Below, one piece after another: positions 51,042 through 64,000 of a stretch of DNA of 64,000 nt (its first letter is position 1; each line of letters begins with the position of its first letter). The position numbers were made by a program, and so were the translations under genes. The notes under the pieces were generated by a model. The model saw only the letters and a list, made by a program, of their open reading frames with translations. It was not told the DNA's origin and did not search any database. Source of the stretch: Lepidodermella squamata (taxonomy: Eukaryota > Animalia > Gastrotricha); assembly GCA_047495785.1 (NCBI GenBank), contig JBLDXI010000013.1, positions 2,852,001 through 2,916,000 on the forward strand, in the 5' to 3' direction.

Positions 51042-52300
51042 TAATTTATTTGGTTAATACGAACGCGTCACGTTTCCAAGTTCAGTATAGCTTTGCCTTA
51101 CTTCGTAGAATCGTTGGTACTCGTTTAATTATCTCATTCTGCCGTCGCCAACACTTTATCATCATTGTGTTATCTTTGGTAGGTTTATGGAGCCACGGGG
51201 AAAAAATTGTTTCCCGGTGAAGAATCTGGAACTCAAACCCAAAATACTGTAATAAAAATGTCCGCCTTAAGAATGTTTACAAATTTAAATTTTAAAATGA
51301 GCCTTTTTCTCAATGCTCGTATGGTTGTTGTAGTTTTAAAAATCAATTCAACTTTTCCCCATGGGGATTGAATGCTTTATTCAGGGGCCGCTTTTGCGTT
51401 TTTTACAACCTCACTATGAGTTGAAAAACAATGATTAATGTTCGCATAACTATGCGTCATCATTTCTATCGAAAATTGCTATCAGCTCACTCACTGGATT
51501 ATTCAGCGCGACGTGTCGATGCGCTTGAAAACATTGACGGGAATTAGCATCGGTGAATTTTTCACACCTCAGGCCTGATGAGCAGATGTTTCAATTTTAA
51601 TGACCGAAAAAAACACACCGCAATGCTTGCCACTTGGCCGTTTTTTTATTACAGTACATCAATCGGTACGTCATAATATACTGCAGTCGTTGTTATAGAC
51701 AAAATTGTAGTAGTTACTGTTGGCAATAATAAAAATGCGATAGAGACGCAGTAGCAGCAACTGCCACCATATCCAATTGTTGTACATTTTTTTACGCGGC
51801 AAAAATGAACGAATGATGAATGAAGAATTGATAGATGGATATGAACACAAGACAGACAAGATTAGACACAGATAAATAACGGTATAATAAGAACGACGAC
51901 CTTTTCAAGATCCCACACTTATTCTCTCGTCTCCTTCACAAGAAGAACCAGGATATTTCGAACACAGAAGACAAGTTATAACAACAGAAACGCCTACGCT
52001 GAATGATGAAGAGCCACCGAGACGACACATTACTTGGTTGATCGCCGAGATGGGAGAAGAGATTGCACGAAAAAAACAAAAATCGCTACCCCTCCTCGTT
52101 TTGAAGCTTGTTGAACACGAACGCACACACAGGTATGTATCTATTAGCTAATTTTTTCATGGCAAATCGCGTTTATTGATATATTTATTAGCATATATCG
52201 ATATACACAACATGAATCGAGTGTAAAACGAATGAGATTAAAATTGAGCTTTGTCATCCTTTTTAGCGTCGCCTCGCGACTCCAGCCTACTACTCTATTG

Positions 52301-55300
52301 TTAACTCGAACCGACGGGCACTGAAGAAGGCGCGGCGGAGACTTCCATGGGCGCCGCCGAGTCGGGTGCCGGTGCGACCGGCTGCGTCGCCGGGGTCGAG
52401 GCGGATGTGTCCATGACGGGGGTGGCGGCGGCCGGCGGCTGCTGCGGTTCGATCGAGTTCGAATTTGCTGTTGGTGGTCGAGGCAATTCACCTAAAAAAT
52501 CAAAAATAACAATTATCGTACAAATAAATAAAAAAAACAAGATATGCGAATGGTTGCCTGGGACAATATTTTGCCTAGATCTCAAAGGAAATACACATCA
52601 GGAAGAGTATTCCCACGGCGTGTCATGCCGGATGAAATGTATTCAGAAAATGACCTAATTTTATTCCAATAAAGCGTGGGACTTTCAGAGCAATCTTCCC
52701 TCAAACAGCAGCGATTTCACTCATAATCGAAATTCAGCTCAATTTTAGGAAAGCTTGATTTTTTTCATGAGTCCACCTGTAAATCACGGTATTATTGGCT
52801 TATTTCGATATTTAATTTCGTTAAAAAGCGTGACCCAAATGTTTCATAAATTGAGATTTTTGTTTGAGTTTTCAAGGGTTTGTGCCAAGTGCAAACCCAA
52901 AATTTGAGTTTCGAGCACTAAATTCCCATGAAATATGTTTTTTTCAAATTTATTGTCTTTCTTGTAATCTCAATTTTTTTATTTCACACACCTGAGGGTG
53001 CTAAGTAGCTAAAGTAATAAATCCTACGGTCATAGGAGGCATTATTATCGACCAAGGAAAACTTAGATTAGGAAATTAGGAAAATATTCAGGCCCGAAGT
53101 TAAGCTTATCTATCAAGTATCCTCTGTCTTACCAGGCATACCAGGCGGAATTTGAGCAAGTTGTTGTTGCTGTTGTAGCAGTTGCTGCTGCTGAGCTTGA
53201 AGCGACGCTTGTTGAGCCGCGTGTTGCTGTTGCTGTTGCATGACCTGCATCTGCTGCTGCATTTGCGTTTGACGCTGCTCGAGCATCGCAACCTGCCGAG
53301 CCCGCAGCTCGAAAGACCGCACCTGTTCGAGGTGGAAGGCCTGCTTCTCCGACAACAACTGCTGCCGTTGAGCTTCAAGCGACTCACGCTCACGCTCAAC
53401 CATCTCCTCCAACTCATCGAAATGACGCAACTTGATCTGGAATAAAAATCAATAAATTCGTAAAATAAATCAAATTTCGAAAAATAAAAAATCTACCTCA
53501 ATTTTTTTCATCTGAGTTTCGATCAGCATAGCCACTAGACTCTTGATTTTCCGCTCTTCCGCCGCTGCCAGATGTTTGGCCTTAACCGCAGCCGCACTCA
53601 ACGCAACCGCAGCTGCTGAAGAAATATCGCGCTCTGACAATTTCTGGTCCTTCACCTGCGGCTTCGGAGTCGGCTGCTGCTTCGCCTCGCCGGTTTCCAT
53701 CGCCTCACCAGCATTTGCGTTATCAACCGGCGTTTTCGTCCGCGCATCCCCGCCTTCCTTTTCCTTATCCTTATCTTGCTCATCCTCCTTCTCCTTATTC
53801 TCCTCGGCCGATTTCTCCTTCTCGGTATCATTTTCCGTCTTCTCAGCCGATGATTCATCGTCCTTCTTCGCCTCCGAATCGCCGTTGGTCAACGATTTGT
53901 GACCGCCTTCCTCTGAATCTTTGTTGTTCTCCTTAGCAGCGTCACTGTGTGGCGTAACTGCACTCCCATTTGTTTGAGCAGTACCGTTCGTAGCACCGGC
54001 TGAAACTGGAGCCTTTTCTGGCGGCGGGTCAAGGGAGGGCAGGCCGTAAGCCGGGTCAGTTGTCTTGCCGTCTTTAAACGCCTGAACCACGTTCTTGACA
54101 TGACTTTCAATAAGACTAGGCGGCACTTCGTCTTTCAACCGCGCGAATTCTTCCAGCGCCGCTTTCGCAGCGGCCGACGCGACTCGCGGGTCGACGATAG
54201 AGGCTAAAAACGCGACCGTAGACATGACAGGGTTGCCAGACTGAGAAAACGGGATGGGTTGGTAGCCGAGCGGGGTGCCGTTCACACTCAACGCGTCGAC
54301 GTACGGGTCTTCAATGGGTAGCCGTAAGAACTGCATAATGCACTCCTCGACCGTTCTCGAGCCAACATGGTCGGCAACTCGATTCCAATCGTCGCGGTAC
54401 ATTTCAATACCCTCGAGCAGCTTCAACGTTTCCTCGTCGTTCCACGACCGGCCAACAGTTGAGCCACTCGTCGGCGGGGTGATGAAGTTCATTCCGCCTC
54501 GAATTTTACCCTTCGCGTACTGGTCGGCGATCATTTGGTTGACAGGCGGCTTTTCGGCGGCTTTTTCGGTAATTTCGGTTTTAGACTGGACAACAGGGTG
54601 GTCGATTTTCTCCGCCTTCGGCTCTTTATCGATAACAACCTGCGGCTCAGCAGTTTCAGCGGCGGGCTTACTCGAGCTATCAACGTCCATCGACTCCTTT
54701 TCCTTGTCATTTTCCGCCTTCTCCCGGTCCGGGTCGACGATTTTAACCGAACCAGGTGCGCTATGCTCAGCGGCAGCGGCCGGGGCTGATTTCGAGTCGT
54801 CATTCGCCGCAAGAGCAGCGGCTAAAATACCCGGTTTCGACGCTTCTTCCAGATCAATGACCTGTTTCATCGCCGCTGTTAAGGTGGACCGACCCGGGTT
54901 GACCGGTTGCAACCCGGCCGGGGTGTCGGCTAGAATATGGAAATGCGCAGTTGCGGGTGGGCCGAGCGGGTGCGGTTTGATATCGGCCAGTACTTGGTAG
55001 TTAATCAAGCCCCATTGCTCGAGAAACGCGTGAACTCGCATGATTGAGCAAACATCGCCGGCTAGATTGCGCCGGCACGCGGTTATCGTCAAATATTCGT
55101 GCGGGTTCAACCGGTACGTATCAATCATGAAATTGCGATAGGCAACATACACCTCGGGCGATTTTGATTTCGACTTTTGGTTGAAAAACTCTGGCAACGA
55201 CCGTCGCTCAATGCCGTGAACGCTGTTGTAGTCGAACCAGGCCGCGTAGCTAGGAATTACGACGTAATGCGTCTGATCGGCTAGCGATTCGTCCCTGGGT

Positions 55301-55659
55301 GCTGAGTTTGACTTGGCAGCCTCCTTAACGCTACCCATACCCGACGCTCGGGTGTTACCATCGTCCAGCTCAGTCAACGGACCGCTGCTTTTCATCGGCG
55401 GATCTGTGGAGGTCTTACTCGCACCTCTGACCTCGGTCGCTTTCGTCTCCGGTTCCGGATCGTCCATGTCCCGGGTCAAATCCTGGTCCATCGACTCCTC
55501 GCTAGGGGCTGTTCGGTTGGTCCGATTACTGCGGCCATTCGAACGTGCGCTGGGGGTGTTGTCACCTACTCTGCCCTTAGAACCCTTGTCCTTTTTCGAC
55601 TCTGACTGGGAGACGGGCGAGGGCGATCGGCGCCTTTTACTGGAAGCTTTCCGATCCAT
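52301..55659 (-). CDS. SMARCC2: SWI/SNF subunit SMARCC1/2 (BAF155/170, Moira): SWIRM, SANT, coiled coil; 3 exons
   Basis: [79 protein letters not shown]|[10 protein letters not shown]. Confidence 0.92.
52900..52982. repeat. Second copy of the intronic repeat seen at 37921-38002
   Basis: aaatttgagtttcgagcactaaattccc...tcaaatttattgtctttcttgtaatctcaattttttt aligns by eye (roughly three-quarters identical) with aaattagagactccagcactagatttcc...tcaaatttctagtcttcgctggaatctcaattttttt. Confidence 0.75.
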
Positions 55660-56286
55660 CAATTACAAGTACAATAAACACCTAATAAAATAATTTAAAA
55701 TCAATTAAATATGGATGAAACAGGGTAGAAAAATCATGCACTAATAATTAGACAACGCTATTTTAATGACCAAAAAACCACGACGATGTATCAAAATTTA
55801 TTCGGTCAAATTGAGGAAAAATTCTCTCATGTAAACAACACTTTGAGCATATTATCGATCAAAAATAAAAATGCACCAACTTAATCAAGTTTTCCTCGTT
55901 TCGATCGTACAAAATTAAGGAGATCGATTACAGCATTACGAAAAACGAGCACTTACGAGGTAAAAATATGCGTACCAATTACAAAAATCTGGACTTGAAT
56001 ATTGATGCGATTTTGAAATAAATCCATTCTAATCAATATTTTGTCATGCAAAGCGGCCTTAAAATTCGCATGGTTTACGCTAATTTCCATAATTTTTCCC
56101 CGTTTTCTTCAATTTTCATAATAAAATGTTTCATCCAAATAATTGATTTTTCTTTACTCGGTATATTCAATTAGGCACTTGCTGAGCAGGTCATTCGGAC
56201 ATTTACTTATTATTAAACGATTTGTATTTAGACCATAAATAACACAGAAGAGTAGAGGTGTGTAAAAAACGGCGCGACTCGATCAA

Positions 56287-57018
56287 TTATTTGCCTTTCC
56301 GGCGCTTTTCCGTCTTACGCGGTCTTTTCTGCGGCAGCATCTGGTAATCAGCGTCGTCGTCCACCGCAGCCGGTGGCGACATGAAATCACCTGCAGTCAC
56401 GCTCTCCTGCGATGACGGCGCAAAGTCCGCATTCAGACCCCGCGCATCGTCCAGTAGCGACGAAGAGGGCGGCGGAAGTAGGTACGACGACAGCCCGGCC
56501 TCGTAATTCGGCGGGTACGAACTTTGAGGCCGTTGCTGCTCAGGCCGATTCGGGGCTCGCTTCGGCGGCATCTGCACCAACTGTTTGAATTTCGGCGGAA
56601 TCGGGCCGGGCAACAACCGAAACGCGTTCAACGCATTCGTGGTGAAAGGCACGATTTCTCGGACTACGGGCGGTTTTTCGAGGAGGGATATCAACGAGCC
56701 GTGGTCTTCACTGGCGGGTGTATCTAGGCAACCTGCGACTTCAACAACAAACTCGCTGAGTTCTTCCGGCGGCGGGTTCGCTTTGTATTGGTCGTGGATT
56801 TCGCGAAGACCGGCCAGGGCTAACCAGTCCGCCGCGCCTGATGTCGAGCTATCGATCGAACCGTCTCGCAACAGGTAGAAGTGGCCCCTGAGCGTTGGCT
56901 GGCGGGCGTGGGCCAGGCTAATGGTCGCCTTAATTGAACCACCTGTCGAAGAGTGAGCCGGTGAGCCGACAACTGCTGGGACGGACGAGGATGCCACCGG
57001 GTTTTCGACCACTTCCAT
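56287..57018 (-). CDS. MED19: Mediator subunit 19; intronless
   Basis: GHFYLLR, ELSEFV..VAGCLDTP..EDHGSLISLLEKPP, FRLLPGPIP, basic C-terminus. Confidence 0.85.
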   Translation of the reverse strand: MEVVENPVASSSVPAVVGSPAHSSTGGSIKATISLAHARQPTLRGHFYLLRDGSIDSSTSGAADWLALAGLREIHDQYKANPPPEELSEFVVEVAGCLDTPASEDHGSLISLLEKPPVVREIVPFTTNALNAFRLLPGPIPPKFKQLVQMPPKRAPNRPEQQRPQSSYPPNYEAGLSSYLLPPPSSSLLDDARGLNADFAPSSQESVTAGDFMSPPAAVDDDADYQMLPQKRPRKTEKRRKGK

Positions 57019-58242
57019 ATTAAAATTTAAAACCCTAAAGAAAATACATTCAACACAACAGCTTTATTGTATAGTGTTTACACATCTCTATAATAATACG
57101 CAAAATACCATCACGAGTGGCCGCGACATCGATAAACTTATCGTATATTCATGTGTCACATTTTTCCGAAAAATTATAATATTATTATCCATATTTTTCC
57201 ATAAGAGGAGAGAGACGAAACACTTGATCCGGCTAGAAAAAACGTTTTAAAACCCCCATGCACAACAGCGATTTATCGTATGTACAAATAAATATATATA
57301 TATATATAGCGTCAGTGATATATATAATGTAATAACACTGCAGTGGTAGAAGCGAGGCAAAAACTAATCGATAAGAAGAAGAAGTTTACGCACAAGGAAT
57401 TACAATGACTTGTAGTAGTGGCGGTGGGCGACGAAACGCATTTAAGCGAGGGACGGAGAGAAGTTCGGAGAATGCTCGTGCCATCTCAGAGACAAAAAAT
57501 AAGGTGCGGTGCCGTTCCTTCTCACCTGAAGCAACAATATTTTCAGAGCAATGGAAGAAAAACGACCCGCGGTTTTTTCTCAAGGCCTTAACTTACGACC
57601 CCAAATTTGAAATGATTTGATGGCTACAAATCACAGGTTCAACACAGAAGCTGGTAAATATGTATAGTAGTAAATCGCACATTAAGCACCAAAACCGGAC
57701 GCCATTCAAGACTTGAGAAATTACAAATTACGGGCCAGTCAAAGCTTTCAATTCATAACACAACTGTTGGTTGGTAGTGCCAACATCAACGACGCGGAAT
57801 GATGAAGATTCTTCAGAGAAATATAGTTTTGACAGGTCGTATTTTTCACCATTAAACAATGAATAATCCTGATATAAATATATGTTAAATTTCTACTGAC
57901 TAAAGAATATCAGGTGGGGAGGAGACAAGGCGCTAGAAAATTATTGTAAGTAGGATTTTGTAGTAACCGAAAATAAAACGCTCTCGGGCAATGACTGGCG
58001 CGTTTAAATCAGAAAATCATCATCACTTAACAGAAAAAAATCATCGCTGTTCGCTTTGATTCGACAGATGGTCCGAAGTCCCCCGACATTTGTTATAGGC
58101 TATTAAATAAAGCGGCGGTCATCAATTTGCTCACAATGTAATTAAATGAATCCAATTGAAATTATCTTCGAAAATTGCTGTCAAACACTAGTACATTGAA
58201 TTGCCAAAAGAACGGATGATTAGGTGTAGTACTAAGAAGCGC

Positions 58243-59096
<854 letters not shown>

Positions 59097-59213
59097 TTAG
59101 AAGCTAATGATTCAGAAACTGCTGCACAATAGAAAAATTTTATTCCTCGCCAGTCCCAAAAAGATCCTTCTTTGACGGAGAATGAACTTGGAAGCACATG
59201 TGCACCAAAATCA

Positions 59214-59825
59214 TCAAGTGCGCGGAGCACCAAAAGCATCCGGCATTCTCTCGACGGAGTAGCGGTGCTGATGAATATACATAATAGGAACGCCAGGTAA
59301 CTTACGGACTCTGGACTTCAATTCTTTGTCACACGTCGCTACAATGTAGCACTTGTGCTGATTCACTCGCTGGTAGATACAATCATCGGCATATGTGCCC
59401 TTGTGAATGCAAGTTAGTCGCTGAAAACGAGGGTCTTTGATTATTTTGAGTGCTATGCGAAACTTTGATCCAAGCTTTTCCAACTCGGCGACGACGCAAT
59501 CCGTAATGCATGGGATGCATTTTGCATAGAGGCAATCCATCATTCCTTGACATATGTCCAGCTTATTTTTGATTGAGAAGTTGACAAAGTTGGTGTCGAC
59601 GAGTACATGATACGGAGGTCCTAAATTAGCGTTGTACTGGAAGAATAATGATGTAGAAGCAGTTGGTACTGATCTTGAGACAATGTTTGACGTTCCTTCT
59701 TTCTTCGAGCCAGATGCGCCCTTGCGCTTTTTCTTCATTTTATCTGTATTCTTCAAGCGAGGATCTCTAGGATTGATCATCCGCTTCATACGACCAGCTT
59801 TAACTTTGGTTCTGACTTTGCTCAT
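59214..59825 (-). CDS. FCF1: rRNA-processing protein FCF1/Utp24 (PIN nuclease); intronless
   Basis: [61 protein letters not shown]. Confidence 0.96.
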   Translation of the reverse strand: MSKVRTKVKAGRMKRMINPRDPRLKNTDKMKKKRKGASGSKKEGTSNIVSRSVPTASTSLFFQYNANLGPPYHVLVDTNFVNFSIKNKLDICQGMMDCLYAKCIPCITDCVVAELEKLGSKFRIALKIIKDPRFQRLTCIHKGTYADDCIYQRVNQHKCYIVATCDKELKSRVRKLPGVPIMYIHQHRYSVERMPDAFGAPRT

Positions 59826-59944
59826 TTCAATTATGAACTATATAAGAAGTGAATTCGACCATGTTAGAACGAGGCACGAGGCACAAAGCCAAAATTCTCA
59901 AGAGCAGATAATTTGGAATAGTCATAAAAAGTACACATGATATG

Positions 59945-60068
59945 AAGGACGAGAATATGCACCATCCTACGTCCTTGTTAGTGCTATTGAATATTGAGCT
60001 TCGCACCTGTCAGATGATATCGGAGGGCCAGACAGCGGGCTGCAGAACACAAGCAACCCGCCTCCTCC
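59945..60068 (-). ncRNA. Candidate structured RNA (two strong hairpins, G-U pairs favour the minus strand)
   Basis: aaggacg/cgtcctt stem and gcgggttgc/gcagcccgc stem closed by ggagg/cctcc; GC-rich patch in AT-rich intergenic DNA. Confidence 0.3.
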
Positions 60069-60319
60069 TTTGAAAAAAGCATCCAAATTTTTGCACATTT
60101 GTACATTTTCACATACATTAACTTTTACAATGTATAAAATTTGAATTGACTTGGATAAGCTTTATTGCAAATATTGATTTTTGGGGTATATTTAGCGTCC
60201 TTGGATGACGAACGAACGCCGGGCCAGGTTTTGGCGATATCGTTGTCATTTAACGTCTACCTTCTTTAACTTTTTGATTGATGCGCCATTGATTTCATCT
60301 CTTTATCGATCAACTTGCT

Positions 60320-63300
60320 ATGGATCAGACTGATTTTTCTGAGCAATATGATCCAGGCGCATATAGCAGTAGGTACCAAGACAAAGGCCGCGCTGGAGGT
60401 TTGAAAGTTCCTCTATTTCATTGTATTGTTTACTGAAACTTCGCTAATAGACAAGCGCTTGGAGGTAGAGCGACAACTATCCTCCCGATGGTCCAGGGAG
60501 GAGTTGGAAGATAAATATCTGCGATTGTATGCGGAAAACAATGAACTGCGGGAGTACAAAGCCAAGCAACAGGAAAAGATCAAAATGTGAGTAAACTCGC
60601 AAGTTATGTAGTTACCTAATAATACGCAAACGTTGGCGTCTTAGATTGACCACAAAGCTGGAGAGGCTATTTCAAGATAAGAAGAAATTGCTTTCTGGTG
60701 AAGATGGAGGTTCTCATCAAGGTAAGATCGAGTTAAAGATTTCGCTTTCAAATATTAATCTTGCAATTGGCCAGGTGCATTGAATGCTCAAGAGCTGCAA
60801 GATCGAGTAATTGCTCTGCAGGCTCAAAACGAAAAGCTGAAGGCGAAAGTCGACGTCCTAACTAATCAGCTCAAAGTTCAGCCGAAGGGTTCATCATTTC
60901 AAGGAGTGTCGTCTAAAGTTAACACAGTACGTTGATATGAAATATTCGAGTTTTCTGGGAATAATTCATGATATTTGTAGGGTCTTCCTAAGCCGGACCT
61001 GATGAGTCAAAGTAAAACTCTGCAACAAACTGGAACTGCCAGTGGACTGCGCAGTATCAGTCCTTTAGTTCCTAAGTAAGTTACTGTTTGATGTAAGGTG
61101 CGATGCTATCGTAGCTGGCTTTGTATTGAAGACAAACTCGGCAGATGATCGATGACCTTCGAAACGAAAATTCGCAGCTGTATGTTTAATTTGATGCGAA
61201 CTTTCGGTGCATATTGTAATAATGTGCTTTAGACGCGCCGAGGTAGTGAGGCTGCAACATAACTTGGAGGAATCAAATTCTCGTATCGAAGATGGGCGGA
61301 AAAAGGTATGGTAACTATATTTGTCAGCATCCTCTAAATTCATCTACCTCAACTTTGGTGGCTATTAGAAACCTAGCTCGATGGTAACTGATTTCTTCTA
61401 TATCTTTAAATATTTATTATGCGTATGTTGGTTTCGCATGTGAAGTTTGTCGCTCTTGTTATATGTGATTGAGGAAGCATGATTGTTTTGATGAAGCTTG
61501 CCTGTAAAATGTAAAAAATCACTAAGCTAAAATTTCCATGGCTTTCACTTTAATCACTTTAGCATTCGCCTAGGAATAACTCGTAATGTTTTTTTGTAGC
61601 TTGCCGAAGCTTCAGCTCAATATCAGGAGGATTTGGCGAAAATCAAGCAAGCAATGGGATCCGACCAACGCAGTAGCATCAAAGCCAACATTGAGCAAAT
61701 AAATATGCAGAGAGATCTGAAAGACAAATCAGCCAAGCTGCAAATAACGACGGAGAGATTGAGGCAACTTGAAACGGTAACAATAATTCATGCTCCGTGG
61801 TGGAGACAAGTTAAAACCGCGTTTTCATTTCAGCAATTGGAACAATACAAGTTGAACGAACAGCAGCTACGGCGTGAAGTTGATAAATTGCAAACGGAGG
61901 TCAGAATGGAACAAGAGCGGAGGGCTCATATCCATGAAGAGCTCAAGTCTACGTCAGCTATGGCTCGCGCTGCTCCCGAAGTAAGCCGTAAACTTTGATT
62001 CGCGCGTATATATAGGAGTTGTATATTTTTAGTTGGAGACTAGGCTAAGCGATATCGCGCGAGAAAATGTTATTTTGAAGGAGACTAATGAAAAGCTCAC
62101 ACAAAGGTAACTTGCCGTCGAAGCCTTCATTTTTTCGCATTATCAATTATTGTACGATCCACAGTGCTTTTGATGTCGATCGAGAACGCGGCCTTCAAGA
62201 TCGAGAATCTGCTTATCGTATTCAAATTCAACAGTTGGAGGCCACGCTCAAGGCTGATTTCGGTGAAAAGTCTTCCATTCTAGAAAAGTTGACAGAAGAA
62301 CGAGCAAACGCAGACAAAGTACGACAGGAGCTCAAGGACGAGCGCTTGAAATGCGCGCAGTTGAAGCAAGAGCTGGATGCAATGAACGACAAAATGAAGA
62401 TATTTTCGAAGGCTAGCGCTGTTGATTTTGACGAGCTTGGCGAGGCTTTGATGCTTATTCGCGAGAGAAAACGCAATGCAAATAATGTCGCGAACGAGTC
62501 AGCAATACTGAAATCGATCGGTAATGCGGCACATGCCCAGGACGGCATCAAAGATTGGAAGAAGTTGTATGAAGAGTTGGAAATCGTTCAAGCTGAAACA
62601 GTGAATGAGCTTGATAGAACACGAGCTATTCTTAGTGTTCAATATAGGATTAATAAAGATTACGCGCAGGAAGTTGAAGCAACATCACGCCGCCTTGAAT
62701 CAATCCAGTCTGAATCAGAATCCCGACTTCAAGAATACGCGAAACTGTTGGATCTTCGCTTGGCTCGCATTCGGAAGCTCGAGGCTAGACTTCGCGATTT
62801 GGCCTACGGGGTTCGCCCTCTGCGGCCCATGGCTATGGTCACCCCAGCTGGTTTCGATGACGAGCAGAAGGGCGAACTCGAGGCTGGCCAAAATCTGTTT
62901 GAGATCCACCTTGATACGCTACGCATCAGCTCAGACACCCTGCGTATTTTGGGCGAACCGGAAGTCACAGTTTTCTGTACCTGGGGCTTCTACGAATTCG
63001 AGCTGCAGAAGTCGCCAGTAATTCGGTCTTACAACTCAACTGCGCTTTTCGACTGCACGTCTCAATATATCGTCACAGTTGATGACTTTTTCTTATCTTA
63101 CCTTGCCCATCGTCCGCTGATTATCGAACTTCACCGAGCACGGGGCGGGCTTGATTACGAAACGATAGCTGTTGCTCGAGTTAGCCTGAAGGAATTGCTT
63201 GATTCGCAAGAACCAATTTGCCGCATGTCTGGTAGCGTTCATTTCACCGGACTCTCCGGGGCTCTCGAGGCGATTCAAGTTGCTGAACTCGACTTCTGGG

Positions 63301-64000
63301 TGTTACTCCGCGTGCCTATGCAACATGCTTTCCGACTGTTCCGAGAACGCCTCAAAGCCATGAACTACCTCGTCTCTGATGCGAAGAGCCGAGACGCAGC
63401 TAAGGCCGTGATGGATACAGTTGGTCTGGCGAAGTCTGCTGTTGGCGATGAAAATGTGAATATCCTTCACATTCACATTGTTCGATGCCAAAATCTGGTG
63501 GCTTTCAGCGGCAGCCATAACCAATCACAGCCACCCCGCCAGCCAAGCGCCTACGTGGCATATAAACTGCTGGATTACCCTGAACATGTCACAGCTACGG
63601 TGCCAGAGTCGAGCGCTCCTCAGTTCAACGACCACCACACCTTCACTTTGTACACAACTGCTGATACAGATCGATTCTTGAAAACCGAAGCGTTGCAATT
63701 GTTTGTGTTTGACGATGTCGCACCTGATACGGACGCAACTGCTTATCTGGGCCGGGCTCGAATTCCTATGATAAGCCTGACGAATAATCAACCAGTTCAA
63801 GGGTTGTTCGAACTAATGCGAGCTGATGGAACGGCGAGTGGGGTTATCGAAGTTCGATTATCATGGCAGTTTGCCTATAAACCGCCTTCGAATCTTATTA
63901 TGACCGGCCCGCCGAAACTCGGCCCAGATTCGGAGATTCCGGAGGTTCCAGTTCGCGACGTTGATGCGCAAAATCTTCAACGGCAGTTGCAGCAGTCTTC
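60320..64000 (+). CDS. RPGRIP1L: RPGRIP1L/fantom (MKS5) ciliary transition-zone protein, 3'-partial
   Basis: WSREELEDKYLRLYAENNEL...QQEKIK|ILTTKLERL, coiled coils, SAFDVDRER, ELDRTRAIL..QYRINKDY, LLDLRLARIRKLEARLRDLAYG, GQNLFEIHL, C2 domains; 10 short-to-medium introns, then an open exon from ~62165 to the window end. Confidence 0.92.

Noticed and set aside
53543-55693. Long plus-strand ORFs (119, 241 and 126 aa)
   Set aside because: Antisense shadows of the SMARCC coding sequence

Overview
Gene-dense eukaryotic (animal) DNA with short GT-AG introns (mostly ~49-60 nt). I can build 29 protein-coding gene models by hand. Most are housekeeping or ciliary genes: KIF28-like kinesin, SNRPB, RNF113, HRI-like eIF2-alpha kinase, two GGCT paralogs, a qin/RNF17-like B-box+Tudor protein, HGH1, TMX3, two TMEM55/PIP4P paralogs, PCBD, a Ly6/LU protein, HSBP1, a BTB-only protein, WDR36, LENG1, an LDLa receptor, OTUD6, GALK2, SMARCC, MED19, RAB2, FCF1 and a partial RPGRIP1L. 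There is also a cluster of four highly divergent Cys-loop (pentameric ligand-gated) channel subunits. Two patterns stand out. (1) Unrelated genes run on the same strand only 78-240 bp apart, and nearly all have an unpaired 3' splice acceptor (usually ...TAG) 8-27 nt before the ATG. This suggests operons resolved by spliced-leader trans-splicing. (2) The four channels lack the acetylcholine-site vicinal cysteines, have non-canonical ion-selectivity motifs and, in two cases, long Gly/Ser tethers; a galactokinase gene lies antisense in the middle of the cluster. The species cannot be identified from the sequence. Gene names come from motif recognition without database searches, and exon boundaries were read by eye.
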